A DNA stretch of 64,000 bases from an uncultured Flavobacteriaceae bacterium (GTDB lineage: Bacteria; Bacteroidota; Bacteroidia; Flavobacteriales; Flavobacteriaceae), in the NCBI GenBank assembly GCA_947498845.1, contig CANMLX010000022.1, forward strand, positions 1,452 through 65,451, written 5' to 3'. Shown here in pieces: positions 1-8,855 of the stretch. The number at the start of each line of letters is the position of its first letter. Positions within the stretch are counted from its first letter, which is position 1. The notes under the pieces are model-generated. The model did no database searches and was not told where the DNA came from. It saw only the letters and a program-made list of their open reading frames with translations. The translations under genes and the position numbers were made by a program.

Positions 1-310
1 ATAGGTTTCTTGTATTAACACACCCCTGACTCCCCTCTTTATTAGAGGGGACACTCTTACGCTGTATTTCACTTACAAATAAGATACCGCTTTAACTAAA
101 CTGTTTGAAATATTCATTTAAAAAGATGTGGGTACACCGTAGCTGCCAGCAGGCAGGTGCTTTATTTTTTTGCCTTGTGTAAAGAAAAAATAATTCAATT
201 AATTTATACGAAATTTTTAATCATAAATCGTATAAAGCTTTTAGAACAAAGAGATTTGTCATTTTTACAGAATGTTATCTAAAAATGCAAAACGGGTATG
301 AGTAGTGTAT

Positions 311-973
311 TTATATAAGCCCTAAATCTTTAACCAAAGCCACCAGATGTATGGAGTTATTAGCTTTAAACATGTCTTTAAGTTTGGTTAATTGTTTTTC
401 TACAGCACTTAAGCTGGAAGGCGAATAATTATGGTGTTTTAAATAGGAGCTAATCTCTTTTTGAGATAACCCATAGGAAAGTTGTTTAATAATCTCAATA
501 TCGGTATCATTAATTTCTAAATTAGATTTTGGACTCAAGGCATTTTTTACCTGTGGCGATAAAAATTGTTTTTTGTTGTAGACCTCTTTTATGGCCTGAG
601 CTAATTCTTGCGAACCCTTTCTGTCTTTACAAACATAGGCACCAACATTATTATTCATTAAGTTTCTAACGCGTTGTAAACGGGTATCCATAGAATACAC
701 AATAACAGATACTTCGGGGTGGTTTGCTTTTACAGTAAGCGCCAATTGTTCGCCAGTACAAATGGTACATTCGCGATGGTCTTTTTTAAAAGACAGGTCT
801 GTGATTAACAAATCGAAAGGGGCATTGATTAAAACCGCTTTTTTTACTTTTAAATAGGCATCGTCGCAATATTGTGCTGTTTCTACTGTAGTAATACCAT
901 AGGTATTTAAAATAGTTAAAACACTTTTGTTGATATCGTCGTGATCATCGACTATTAAAACTTTATTAAACAT
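311..973 (-). CDS. two-component response regulator, receiver + LuxR/GerE-type HTH (NarL/FixJ class)
   Basis: 220-aa ORF. N-terminal receiver pattern (VLIVDDH ... DLLITDL). C-terminal LuxR-type HTH (TDIEIIKQLSYGLSQKEISSYL). Lies 2 nt downstream of the kinase gene. Confidence 0.85.
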   Translation of the reverse strand: MFNKVLIVDDHDDINKSVLTILNTYGITTVETAQYCDDAYLKVKKAVLINAPFDLLITDLSFKKDHRECTICTGEQLALTVKANHPEVSVIVYSMDTRLQRVRNLMNNNVGAYVCKDRKGSQELAQAIKEVYNKKQFLSPQVKNALSPKSNLEINDTDIEIIKQLSYGLSQKEISSYLKHHNYSPSSLSAVEKQLTKLKDMFKANNSIHLVALVKDLGLI

Positions 974-975
974 AA

Positions 976-2622
976 CTATACTGTAATTTTTACTTTAAAT
1001 CCTTTATTGATTGATGATTCAAAGGTAATAGTTCCGTTTATAGATTTTATGCGGTTTTCCACATTTAGCAAACCTGTGCTCTTTTTTAGGTGGGTTCCAA
1101 CACCATTATCGCTATAAGAAATGCTTATTTTATGTTTGGTTTGACTAAAACTTAAAGCCACAAGAGAGGCTTGACTGTGCTTTTTCATATTTACCATAAG
1201 TTCCTGTAACACCCTGTAAAGTGTAGTTTTTTTAAGGTTGTCCAGCGATTCCCAGTGTATTTTAGAGATGTCTTTAGTAATAATAGTCACACTATCGTTT
1301 TTATAACTAAGTACTAAATCTTTTAAAAGGTCGGTGTAATTGGCATCGGTATCTATCGTACTATTTTCTTTAGAAATATCTCGTGTTCGGTTGTAAATAG
1401 ACTCCAAATCGTCCAGGAGTTCTTCCTTAAATTCTGGAGAGCTTTCCAGTTTGGTCATGACGTTATGGATATCGTTAGCCACCTCGTCGTGTACTTTTTT
1501 AGAAATACGGGTTTCGGTATTATAGACTTGCTGTATTTTATCTTTTTTATGGCGTGCTTTTAAAATGAAAAACAAGAAAATAGAAAAGAGCAAAACAGAT
1601 AGTCCTGCATATTGGTACTTAATTCTTTTGGCTTTTTCTTGTTCTTTTTGCAGCTGGTGTTGTATGGCGAGTTTCTCCTGTTTTAGATAATTAAATTTTG
1701 CATGCGCATATTTGTTTTCGGCTATTTGTCGGGCTTTTTGGGTACTGTCTTTTAATGTTTTGTATTCTATTATATGAGGATCAATGTTTAATGCGACTAA
1801 ATTAGATAATGCATCTTCAATCAATGAAGCACTTTTAATGGTTTTAGCACATTCATAGCCTTTATTAGCATAAAATAGAGCTTTTGTATTATCCTGAAGA
1901 TCTTTATAATGCTCAAACAAGTATTTATAATTTATGTATTTGCCTATCCTATAGTCTATAGTAGTTTTTAATTTTAATGCTTTTACTAATTTTTCAAGAG
2001 CTCCTTCCCGTTTTAATTTAGATTGTACATAACCAAGGTTACCTAAGACTCTTGAGATCTGTATAGAATCTCCAATTTTAAGGCTATTTTCGTATATCTT
2101 TTTAAGTTGACTTTCTGCAAGGACATAGTTTTTCTGTTCTATATGTATCAAGGCTTTATTATTATTAATAATGTTTATGTGTAACCTAGAAGTAGCAAAA
2201 TTTAAAGCTTTATCATAGTATTTAAGAGCATCTATATAATTTGTAGATTCTCTGTTTATTCCGCCTAATTCATTATACAGACCAACTTTACTTTCGCTAG
2301 TGAATTCATTTTTTTTGAGAGCATCTAATAGGCTTATGGCTTTTACAACACTTGTTTCACTACCATAATAATCTCCTAATTTATACTGTATAATGGCTAT
2401 TTGTCTTAAATGATTAATAGTTGATACTGTATCTTTTGAAAGTAAACTTTCTTCCTTTTTTTTATTAAAAAAAACATAAGCTTTAGCTAAACTTGAAGGT
2501 GTTTTGGGGGCATTTGCTAACTTAGAATAATATGCTAAACTATCCTGTTCTTGTCGGTTATTTAAACAAAAACAATAGCTAAGAGATAAAAAAAAGAGGA
2601 ATGAAAGATATTGGTATTTCAT
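976..2622 (-). CDS. TPR-repeat sensor histidine kinase (HisKA_3/HATPase_c type)
   Basis: 548-aa ORF with N-terminal signal/TM and TPR-like repeats. TM helix YAGLSVLLFSIFLFFIL, H-box KVHDEVANDIHN, ATPase region SDNGVG...GLLNVENR. Paired with the LuxR-type regulator. Confidence 0.8.
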   Translation of the reverse strand: MKYQYLSFLFFLSLSYCFCLNNRQEQDSLAYYSKLANAPKTPSSLAKAYVFFNKKKEESLLSKDTVSTINHLRQIAIIQYKLGDYYGSETSVVKAISLLDALKKNEFTSESKVGLYNELGGINRESTNYIDALKYYDKALNFATSRLHINIINNNKALIHIEQKNYVLAESQLKKIYENSLKIGDSIQISRVLGNLGYVQSKLKREGALEKLVKALKLKTTIDYRIGKYINYKYLFEHYKDLQDNTKALFYANKGYECAKTIKSASLIEDALSNLVALNIDPHIIEYKTLKDSTQKARQIAENKYAHAKFNYLKQEKLAIQHQLQKEQEKAKRIKYQYAGLSVLLFSIFLFFILKARHKKDKIQQVYNTETRISKKVHDEVANDIHNVMTKLESSPEFKEELLDDLESIYNRTRDISKENSTIDTDANYTDLLKDLVLSYKNDSVTIITKDISKIHWESLDNLKKTTLYRVLQELMVNMKKHSQASLVALSFSQTKHKISISYSDNGVGTHLKKSTGLLNVENRIKSINGTITFESSINKGFKVKITV

Positions 2623-2648
2623 TCCTCTAAAATACTATTAATTATGAG

Positions 2649-2819
2649 TTATCCTCCGATACTTTTTTTATCAGAAGGAGGAGGAATACTTCCACCATCT
2701 AAACAACATCTTTGTTCAATGTTATCAAGTGTGTTAGTATCGTTTAAACTCTCAGGTGTACAATAGAATAAAACAGTGTTTGCTAAGACAAAGAATACGA
2801 TTAAGATTAATTTTCTCAT
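2649..2819 (-). CDS. small exported Cys-containing peptide (56 aa), not in the ORF track
   Basis: My translation: MRKLILIVFFVLANTVLFYCTPESLNDTNTLDNIEQRCCLDGGSIPPPSDKKSIGG. It has an ATG start, a hydrophobic signal-like N-terminus and a TAA stop 26 nt upstream of the kinase start, on the same strand. Confidence 0.4.
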   Translation of the reverse strand: MRKLILIVFFVLANTVLFYCTPESLNDTNTLDNIEQRCCLDGGSIPPPSDKKSIGG

Positions 2820-3566
2820 TGTTTTGTTGATTTAAAATTTGACAATAGTGTGGCTGTCCGAGGTTTCTCGGATACTTGAGTTGCGAGAAGCAACGCGCGT
2901 CATAAAAAGTTTTAGACGCCTGTCTTTTAGGGAAGTAAGGCGCGCAAGAGTCCTGTTATGTAATTACTTCCTGGTATTACATAACCTTACTTTTACACTC
3001 CTGATGGAATTAAAAGATGTAAAATCGTATTACGATAAGGGTGTTAATTTCGGCAAAAATCAATTTTTGATTTTGAGAGCAATGGCGAAATTATAGTTGA
3101 AGTAGTTTCTGGAAATTTCTATATCACATTTTGTGGTGGAATTGGTATTAACCAAAATTTCCTTGTTTTTGGCTTCTTTATAATGGCCATTTCAAAGTAA
3201 TAATCGCTAGTATCGATGCACTACTTTTAAAATCATTTTGATGCGTTACCGCCTTTGTGTAATAAGATTTAAATGGCTTTAAGAGGTTTAAAACACGATT
3301 ATGTAAGTGTTCTATAAAACACATAATAACGTTTCCGTCTCCCGTGCCACCTTCTAATTCACTTGGTTTGGCGTCTGTGGCTTTACGACACATAACGAGT
3401 TGTTAATTTGGTATGCATTGTTTTTAATTTTTATTGGTTGATATATTTAGTTTGTTAATGTAAATTGGTTTAATTTTAACCTGATTTGTGTTGTTATAAT
3501 TTTGAATATTAATTACTTAAAAATGTCTTTTTTGAGAGCCATCGAAAAGTGTTTTTAATTAATAGG

Positions 3567-3590
3567 TTTCGACTGCGCTCAACCTGACAA
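3567..3590. repeat. short intergenic repeat motif TTTCGACTGCGCTCAAYSTGACAA (R3), copy 1
   Basis: TTTCGACTGCGCTCAACCTGACAA here versus TTTCGACTGCGCTCAATGTGACAA at 6459-6482. The reverse complement shares the TGTCANNTYGAG end motif of the R2 repeats. Confidence 0.6.
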
Positions 3591-3595
3591 TAATT

Positions 3596-3773
3596 AAACC
3601 CGCATTATGCAATAAAAAATTTATTACATCTTGTAGCTACTGTAAATACTAGCGCTTCGCTGCGTTTTTTAATTTCACTCCCGCATATGTGGGACTATGC
3701 AGAAATTAAGAAAACACTAGTGTTTTTTGCATCTACAAGCTTCATGACAACCTTCTATTGCATAAAGCGGGTT
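3596..3773. repeat. ~178-bp long imperfect palindromic repeat (PR1), copy 1
   Basis: Ends AAACCCGCATTATGCAATA / TATTGCATAAAGCGGGTT are inverted. Inner arms also pair (CTTGTAG/CTACAAG; centre TCCCGCATATGTGGGA). A second copy sits at 35693-35860 in inverted orientation. Confidence 0.7.
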
Positions 3774-3903
3774 AAACTTTTAATATTTAAGTATTTGATT
3801 AATAAAAATTAATCGAAATCAGGTTTTTAAGCATTAATGGTGTTTTATAGGCTGCTATTTAAAATTCATTAGTTTTATATAAGTGTTTTAGTTTTAAAAA
3901 ATG

Positions 3904-4431
3904 TTACCCTCTTTTTGTGCTTTTTTTCTTTTTAACTTTCTTTTTTTTAGGGTTTAATTTTGTTTTTACTCTTCTAATCTCACTAGTCATGGTGTTTATA
4001 AAACCATCATTAAAACCATAATTTTTTGCTTCCTTAAAAGCCTTTATTGCTTTTTTGTACGCTTTTGTAATTTCAAACAACTGGCCTTGTTTACTCCATA
4101 TTTCTCCTTTGTCAATGCCTTTAATTGTAAGCGCAAAATCAATTAATTTTTGTGCTTCCTCAATATCTTCGTTCCAAAGTAATACTTGAATATATCTGGG
4201 ATATATTTTTTGAAACTCCATATGGTTTGCCATGGCTTCTGCGAAAAAGGATTTAGATTGCTCATAATCTCCTAAAATTTCGCCATACATTCGGGCCATT
4301 AAATACAATGCATAAGCATTTTTAGCATCGTAAGACAGGGCATAGTTTAGATTTTCTACAACGTCTTCCAAATCGTATGGATAAGCATCTATGGCTTTTA
4401 GTAAATAGGTGTTCAACAAATTTTGTTCCAT
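3904..4431 (-). CDS. TPR-like hypothetical protein with Lys-rich C-terminal tail
   Basis: 175-aa ORF with an ATG start. Helical repeat-like sequence, C-terminus KLNPKKKKVKKKKSTKRG. I recognise no named family. Confidence 0.55.
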   Translation of the reverse strand: MEQNLLNTYLLKAIDAYPYDLEDVVENLNYALSYDAKNAYALYLMARMYGEILGDYEQSKSFFAEAMANHMEFQKIYPRYIQVLLWNEDIEEAQKLIDFALTIKGIDKGEIWSKQGQLFEITKAYKKAIKAFKEAKNYGFNDGFINTMTSEIRRVKTKLNPKKKKVKKKKSTKRG

Positions 4432-5517
4432 CTTTTATCGTTTTAATGGTTTTCCTTTGGTGTTTTCCACGTATTTTAATGTGGAGAACACTAAATCAAT
4501 ACTTTTTTGGATTTTAAAGGGACTTTAAGACGGCAACATGATAGTTAACTATCTCTAAATATGCATTTTATAGTTATATGCATTTTGTTGATGTTTTACA
4601 TATAAGTATAATTTTTAATTAAAATGTTACATTTTTGAACAAATTTATTTATTTATAAGTATATTTTTACAAATTTAATTTAACTATAAATGCATTTGCT
4701 CTTTTGCTTTACGCCCTTTGTACTCTGGTTTAAATTCTTGTTATTGTTTTCATATTTTTAATTCGTTTTTTTGAAACTACATTTTGATTCTTCTTTGCGA
4801 TGAGCAAAACATAATTCTGTTTTTTATTTGATAATCGAGATTTAAATGCTCCGAGGCTTGCCTCGAAATCAAAATGTTTTTTTCAATGAATGCCTCGTGG
4901 GCTTGCCTCGAGGTAGTTTACTGTTTGGGAAATGTTGTTTAGCAGGCTTGCTAGTGGCTGGAAACAAAACATCCGAAACAGTTTTTAATTTGCTTCGGAT
5001 GTTTCATTTTTTTATGAAAAAGTATATTAACTATACGCTCGAAGCTCATCAAAAGAGAACATCTCTTTTGGACAACCGTTTTGTGATACAGATATAATCA
5101 TACCTTCGAGTTTTTATTAATTTGTTTTTGTCGCATTTTTGCGTTGCAAAGTTTTAAATTTATTTTTCAATTTTCAAAATTTATTTTTTCATTTTTATAA
5201 AAATTAAGTGCTTAATACGAAGTATTAACTTTTTTTGAAAAAAACAACTTTTTTAATTTTTTATTGCAAAGCCCATAGGGTGCACGTAATAGTATACGTT
5301 AAACTAATCCAGTTGAAAAGCGGGATCACAATTTTGATATTTTCCATTTGTTTTTGAATCTTCATTTTTTGCGTTTAATAGCCTTTTGGTTTTAATTTCT
5401 GAAGCAAAGATGCAACTATTGTACGCAATTATTTTGCGCAGTAAAAAAGACATTAAAATTATGAGTGTTTTTCCAAAAATTTTTAAAGTGAATTTAAAGC
5501 AATTATTTTGTGACATA

Positions 5518-6030
5518 GCAGGCTATTGGATTAAAGATAAAAACGTTATTGAGGATAGGTAGGTCGTCCTATAGACTTAATATTCACAGGCATTTAGGAG
5601 TTATTATGACTTAGATCATTTAAAAGAATTATTCCATTATTTCACTATTTATAAGGGGCAATTAAGTGTTCCATTTGAGGTCGTTTATGCCATATTTTAC
5701 CACGATATAATTTACGATGTTTGGAGTAAAAAAAATGAGCTAAAAAGTGCAGAATTAGCAGTTAAATATTTAAAAATTGAGGGGGTAAGCAGCATTTCTA
5801 CAGATAGAATTTATAGCTTAATTTTAGCAACCAAAGCTCATAATTGTAAAGCCAATGAAGACGAAAAATGGTTGGTAGATTTCGATTTAGCCATACTGGG
5901 ACAATCATGGGACATTTACCAGAGCTATACCAAACAAATACGTGAAGAATACAAAGCCGTGCCTAGTTTTATGTACAAAACAGGAAGAAAGAAGGTATTG
6001 CAACATTTTTTAGATAAAAACGGTGTGAAC
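5518..6030 (+). pseudogene. HD-superfamily phosphohydrolase-like gene, degraded
   Basis: The frame containing ...AIFYHDIIYDVWSKKNELKSAELA...DFDLAILGQSWDIYQSYTKQIREEYKAVPSFMYKTGRKKVLQHFL has no start codon. It has in-frame stops upstream (TAG ~5560, TAG ~5569, TAA ~5575). The 3' end runs into the transposase relic. Confidence 0.6.
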
Positions 6031-6290
6031 TCATTTAGACTTTTTCTTGCAGAACTTTTTGATAGCAATTATAATAAAAGCCAAATAGTTTAGCTCTTTC
6101 CAAGAGTTAGCAAAAGAATTAAACCTGTTGAGCAGAGACCGAAAGCTATCTATCCAAGTGTTGGTTTGTTCAATGGCATATCTTTGACTATACAGTTGTT
6201 GGTAAAAATATTCATATTTATCCATGCTGCCATTGTGTTTGTTAAAACAGATATTGGCATGAATTTCTTTGGTCTCACAACATTTTGTAA
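6031..6290 (-). pseudogene. C-terminal fragment of an IS5/IS4-like DDE transposase
   Basis: ...CETKEIHANICFNKHNGSMDKYEYFYQQLYSQRYAIEQTNTWIDSFRSLLNRFNSFANSWKELNYLAFIIIAIKK matches the conserved C-terminal Y-x-x-R-x-x-IE-x-x-N-x-W-x-D-x-F-R block of DDE IS5-type transposases. The catalytic N-terminal two-thirds are missing. Confidence 0.6.
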
Positions 6291-6373
6291 GTTTCTACCA
6301 GCTATATTTTGAATTTACTGTAAAAGAAAATAATGATTTTTTTCTTTGTATGAATTATAAAATTAAAGCATAG

Positions 6374-6523
6374 CCTAAGTTCAATGTCATTAAGTTAAGA
6401 AGTTTTCATCATTAAACTAAATGCGTTTATTTCTATAAAAACGTGTAATTTAATTACATTTCGACTGCGCTCAATGTGACAAATTATACAAATTGAGCTT
6501 AACTTAATGATATTGAGCCGTAG
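6374..6523. repeat. ~150-bp hairpin/MITE-like element containing R3 motif copy 2
   Basis: Arms CCTAAGTTCAATGTCATTAAGTTAAG (6374-6399) and CTTAACTTAATGATATTGAGCCGTAG (6498-6523) are inverted repeats (~21/26). R3 motif at 6459-6482. Confidence 0.5.
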
Positions 6524-6552
6524 TTACGGTTCTTTTTTATGTTGAAGATAGC

Positions 6553-6602
6553 ATTTCAAAAGATACTTTTTAACTCAGTAAATTCATTTGGGAATTGGTA
6601 TA
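6553..6602. repeat. ~50-bp repeat, possible IS terminus relic, copy 1
   Basis: ATTTCAAAAGATACTTTTTAACTCAGTAAATTCATTTGGGAATTGGTAT matches 55868-55916 with 2 mismatches, in the same orientation. Confidence 0.65.
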
Positions 6603-6790
6603 ATAAGTAAAAAAGTTAATCTTTTGCTTGATATTACCAAACGTAGCCTCTAAATCCCCAACAACATTATTTGCGTTTTTCGATAACCCTCTCTATTATT
6701 GGATTGTCTACATTTTCGATAATTAAGGCAGCTTACAGAAATGTTATATATCTTTTCTGTTTTTAAATGTTAGAACTAAAATATATTAAA

Positions 6791-7336
6791 TCACCTCAAA
6801 GGAAACCCTTTCCCGGCCCACCAGGGATGTATTTCTACTTTTAAGCGTCCAGCTTTTACCATTGGATCTGCGTTGGCTAAACTATCGGCCATTTTCAAAG
6901 TGGGAACATTGTATATGGTAATGCCCTTAATGTCTCCATCATCATCAAAAGGACCAGAGATATCGGCATACCCAAGTTCATACATTTTATCTAAATGGGC
7001 TAAGTGATCTTTTTGTAACTGTGCTGTTTCTTCTTCGTTTTGTACACGTATCTCACCCTTTTTTAAAAACACCATAAAATATTGCTGCATAATAATGGTG
7101 TCTTTGGTAGTTTTGTCTACATAATCAAAGATTTTAAACCCTTTTTCAATAAGTGCTTCTTTAATTTGTTTTATACTTTTTTTATTAGGTTTTGGTGTTT
7201 TGATTGTTATAGAATCGGTAGTTTCTTTAACAGTTTCAACAGATGTTTCGAGGCTAATTTCACTAGGGGTTTCAGTTTTGTTTTTACATGAAAAACAAAT
7301 AAATAATACTATAAAGCAAGTTATTATTATTCTCAT
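6791..7336 (-). CDS. YciI-like domain lipoprotein
   Basis: C-terminal YciI-like region (HLAHLDKMYELGYADISGPFDDDGD...DPMVKAGRLKVEIHPWW). The internal Met gives a lipoprotein-type signal MRIIITCFIVLFICFSC, so I prefer start 7336 over the track start 7399. Confidence 0.7.
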   Translation of the reverse strand: MRIIITCFIVLFICFSCKNKTETPSEISLETSVETVKETTDSITIKTPKPNKKSIKQIKEALIEKGFKIFDYVDKTTKDTIIMQQYFMVFLKKGEIRVQNEEETAQLQKDHLAHLDKMYELGYADISGPFDDDGDIKGITIYNVPTLKMADSLANADPMVKAGRLKVEIHPWWAGKGFPLR

Positions 7337-7521
7337 AATCGTTGGTTTTGGTTTGTTATACCAAATAATCCATATAATTACGTCAAAATACGTGTTCATT
7401 TTTCCTCTTTCTTTATTGTGGTAACGCTTACATAGCTATACTATGCAAACATCCTATAGCTTCAAAAGAGAAAAAAGCAACTGTGCATTTTTAGCATAAC
7501 TTTATAGTTTATTTGGTATTA

Positions 7522-7992
7522 TTAATGCCATTCCTTAAAGGGGACTTTGCTTAATTGTGAATTATAATACTTAATAACCCCCGTTACTTCTTTTCCCAAC
7601 CATACTGGTTTTGTAAAGGTATCATTTTCAGTTTTTAATTCCACTTCGGCAACAATTAATCCTTGGTTATCACCAAAAAACTCATCAATTTCAAACACAT
7701 GATCACCTAGTGTTACTTCATAACGTATTTTATCAATTAGTATTGGCTCACATAGTTTTAGGAGTGCTTCTGCCTCGTCTAAGGTAATTTCTTTTTCCCA
7801 TTCAAAACGCGATAAACCATCGTTGGTAGATTTTCCTTTTACCGTTAAATAGCCTTTATCTCCTTTTATTCTTATACGTACAGTACGCTCTTTATGGGTG
7901 TTTAAAAACCCTTGAGTAATTCTCGTTTTTTTATCTGCTTCGTCTTTAAAAGCATGTGACATGACTAAAAATTTACGTTCTATTTCTATCAT
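7522..7992 (-). CDS. CYTH-domain protein (triphosphate tunnel metalloenzyme)
   Basis: 156 aa. N-terminal MIEIERKFLV is the CYTH ExExK signature, and the size is typical. Confidence 0.8.
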   Translation of the reverse strand: MIEIERKFLVMSHAFKDEADKKTRITQGFLNTHKERTVRIRIKGDKGYLTVKGKSTNDGLSRFEWEKEITLDEAEALLKLCEPILIDKIRYEVTLGDHVFEIDEFFGDNQGLIVAEVELKTENDTFTKPVWLGKEVTGVIKYYNSQLSKVPFKEWH

Positions 7993-8010
7993 AGTTTACA
8001 AGATAAATTG

Positions 8011-8853
8011 TTAGGGGTTTATAAAGGCAATCGTTTTATTGACTAAAATGCTAAGTTCATTGGATAGTGTATTCTTTTCCCAAGGGTGTTTGGTGTTGAA
8101 TACATGATCGCATTTTGGGATAGGGAAAAGCACACTGTTTTTATTCCATTGATGTAAATGCTCTGCTTCTATAAATAGTACCGAAGGATCATCAATACCA
8201 TGAGCAATTAAATGTGGAATTTTAATGTTTTTACAGGCATTTTCAATATTTAAGCGTTCCTTGTTTGCTATAAAATCTTGATAAAACTGATAGTAATGTG
8301 GCATTTGTTGCTTGGTTCTCCCATTCAACACATATTTAACACCTGTTTGTTTCCACGCTTCTAAATTACCTATAGTGGCGGTTCGTTTTTCAAAATTGCA
8401 AACGCCTGCCCAGGTTATAAGATTAGAAATACGATTATCTTCGGCTGTTTTTATAGTAACAATTCCGCCTCCTCTACTGTGGCCTATAAGTGATAGGTTG
8501 CTGGTATTGGCAACTTGTTTTAACGACGTACTTTGTTCAATCCAATTAATTACAGTATCCAGATCGTCTAATTCTTTAGTGTAATTATTATTACCAAAAG
8601 CTTCTAAATCTGGGAAATCAATAGGGTGTTCTACCGTACCTCCATTATGCGAAAAATTAAATTTTATAAAATAAAACCCCGCTTTAGCAAAGGTTTTACC
8701 AACCAAATCCCAAGGGCCCCAATCTTTAAATCCTTTGTAGCCGTGACAAAAAATAACTACTGGCTTTGGTGTTTTATCTTCAATATAAAACGTATCAATT
8801 AATATAGGCTTTCCGTGATTACCTTGGACACTATTATTTTTAGAAATAATCAT
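8011..8853 (-). CDS. alpha/beta hydrolase
   Basis: 280 aa. Nucleophile elbow GHSRGG, and an HG-type oxyanion region FCHGYKG. Confidence 0.75.
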   Translation of the reverse strand: MIISKNNSVQGNHGKPILIDTFYIEDKTPKPVVIFCHGYKGFKDWGPWDLVGKTFAKAGFYFIKFNFSHNGGTVEHPIDFPDLEAFGNNNYTKELDDLDTVINWIEQSTSLKQVANTSNLSLIGHSRGGGIVTIKTAEDNRISNLITWAGVCNFEKRTATIGNLEAWKQTGVKYVLNGRTKQQMPHYYQFYQDFIANKERLNIENACKNIKIPHLIAHGIDDPSVLFIEAEHLHQWNKNSVLFPIPKCDHVFNTKHPWEKNTLSNELSILVNKTIAFINP

Positions 8854-8855
8854 GA

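Noticed and set aside
1-310. Hairpins CCCCTCTTTATTAGAGGGG (~41-59) and a TGCCAGCAGGCA-containing stem followed by a T-run (~140-170)
   Set aside because: They are probably terminators or repeat fragments of a gene outside the window. No second copy exists in the window and there is no context to interpret them.
2839-3096. 85-aa plus-strand ORF
   Set aside because: It runs through the GC-rich hairpin cluster. It has a non-ATG start, an Arg/Leu-rich product and no downstream partner. Treated as non-coding structured DNA.
3178-3393. 71-aa minus-strand ORF. The YY...F pattern faintly recalled the group II intron maturase X domain.
   Set aside because: The resemblance is too weak to support. No reverse-transcriptase fragment and no intron domain V/VI are recognisable nearby. 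It could be a gene fragment, but I cannot name it.
4846-5097. 83-aa plus-strand ORF
   Set aside because: It is composed of the GGCTTGC repeats and a terminator-like hairpin. No coding-like composition. Reported instead as a possible RNA or regulatory region.
5304-5516. 70-aa minus-strand ORF
   Set aside because: No recognisable domain. It sits against the degraded 5' end of the HD pseudogene in a decayed region. Insufficient support.
6513-6531. GAGCCGTAGTTACGGTTC hairpin resembling a collapsed group II intron domain V
   Set aside because: It has only an 8-bp stem and lacks the bulge and GNRA loop of domain V. It forms the end of the local inverted repeat (6498-6523) and is followed by a T-run. 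More simply read as a repeat arm or terminator.
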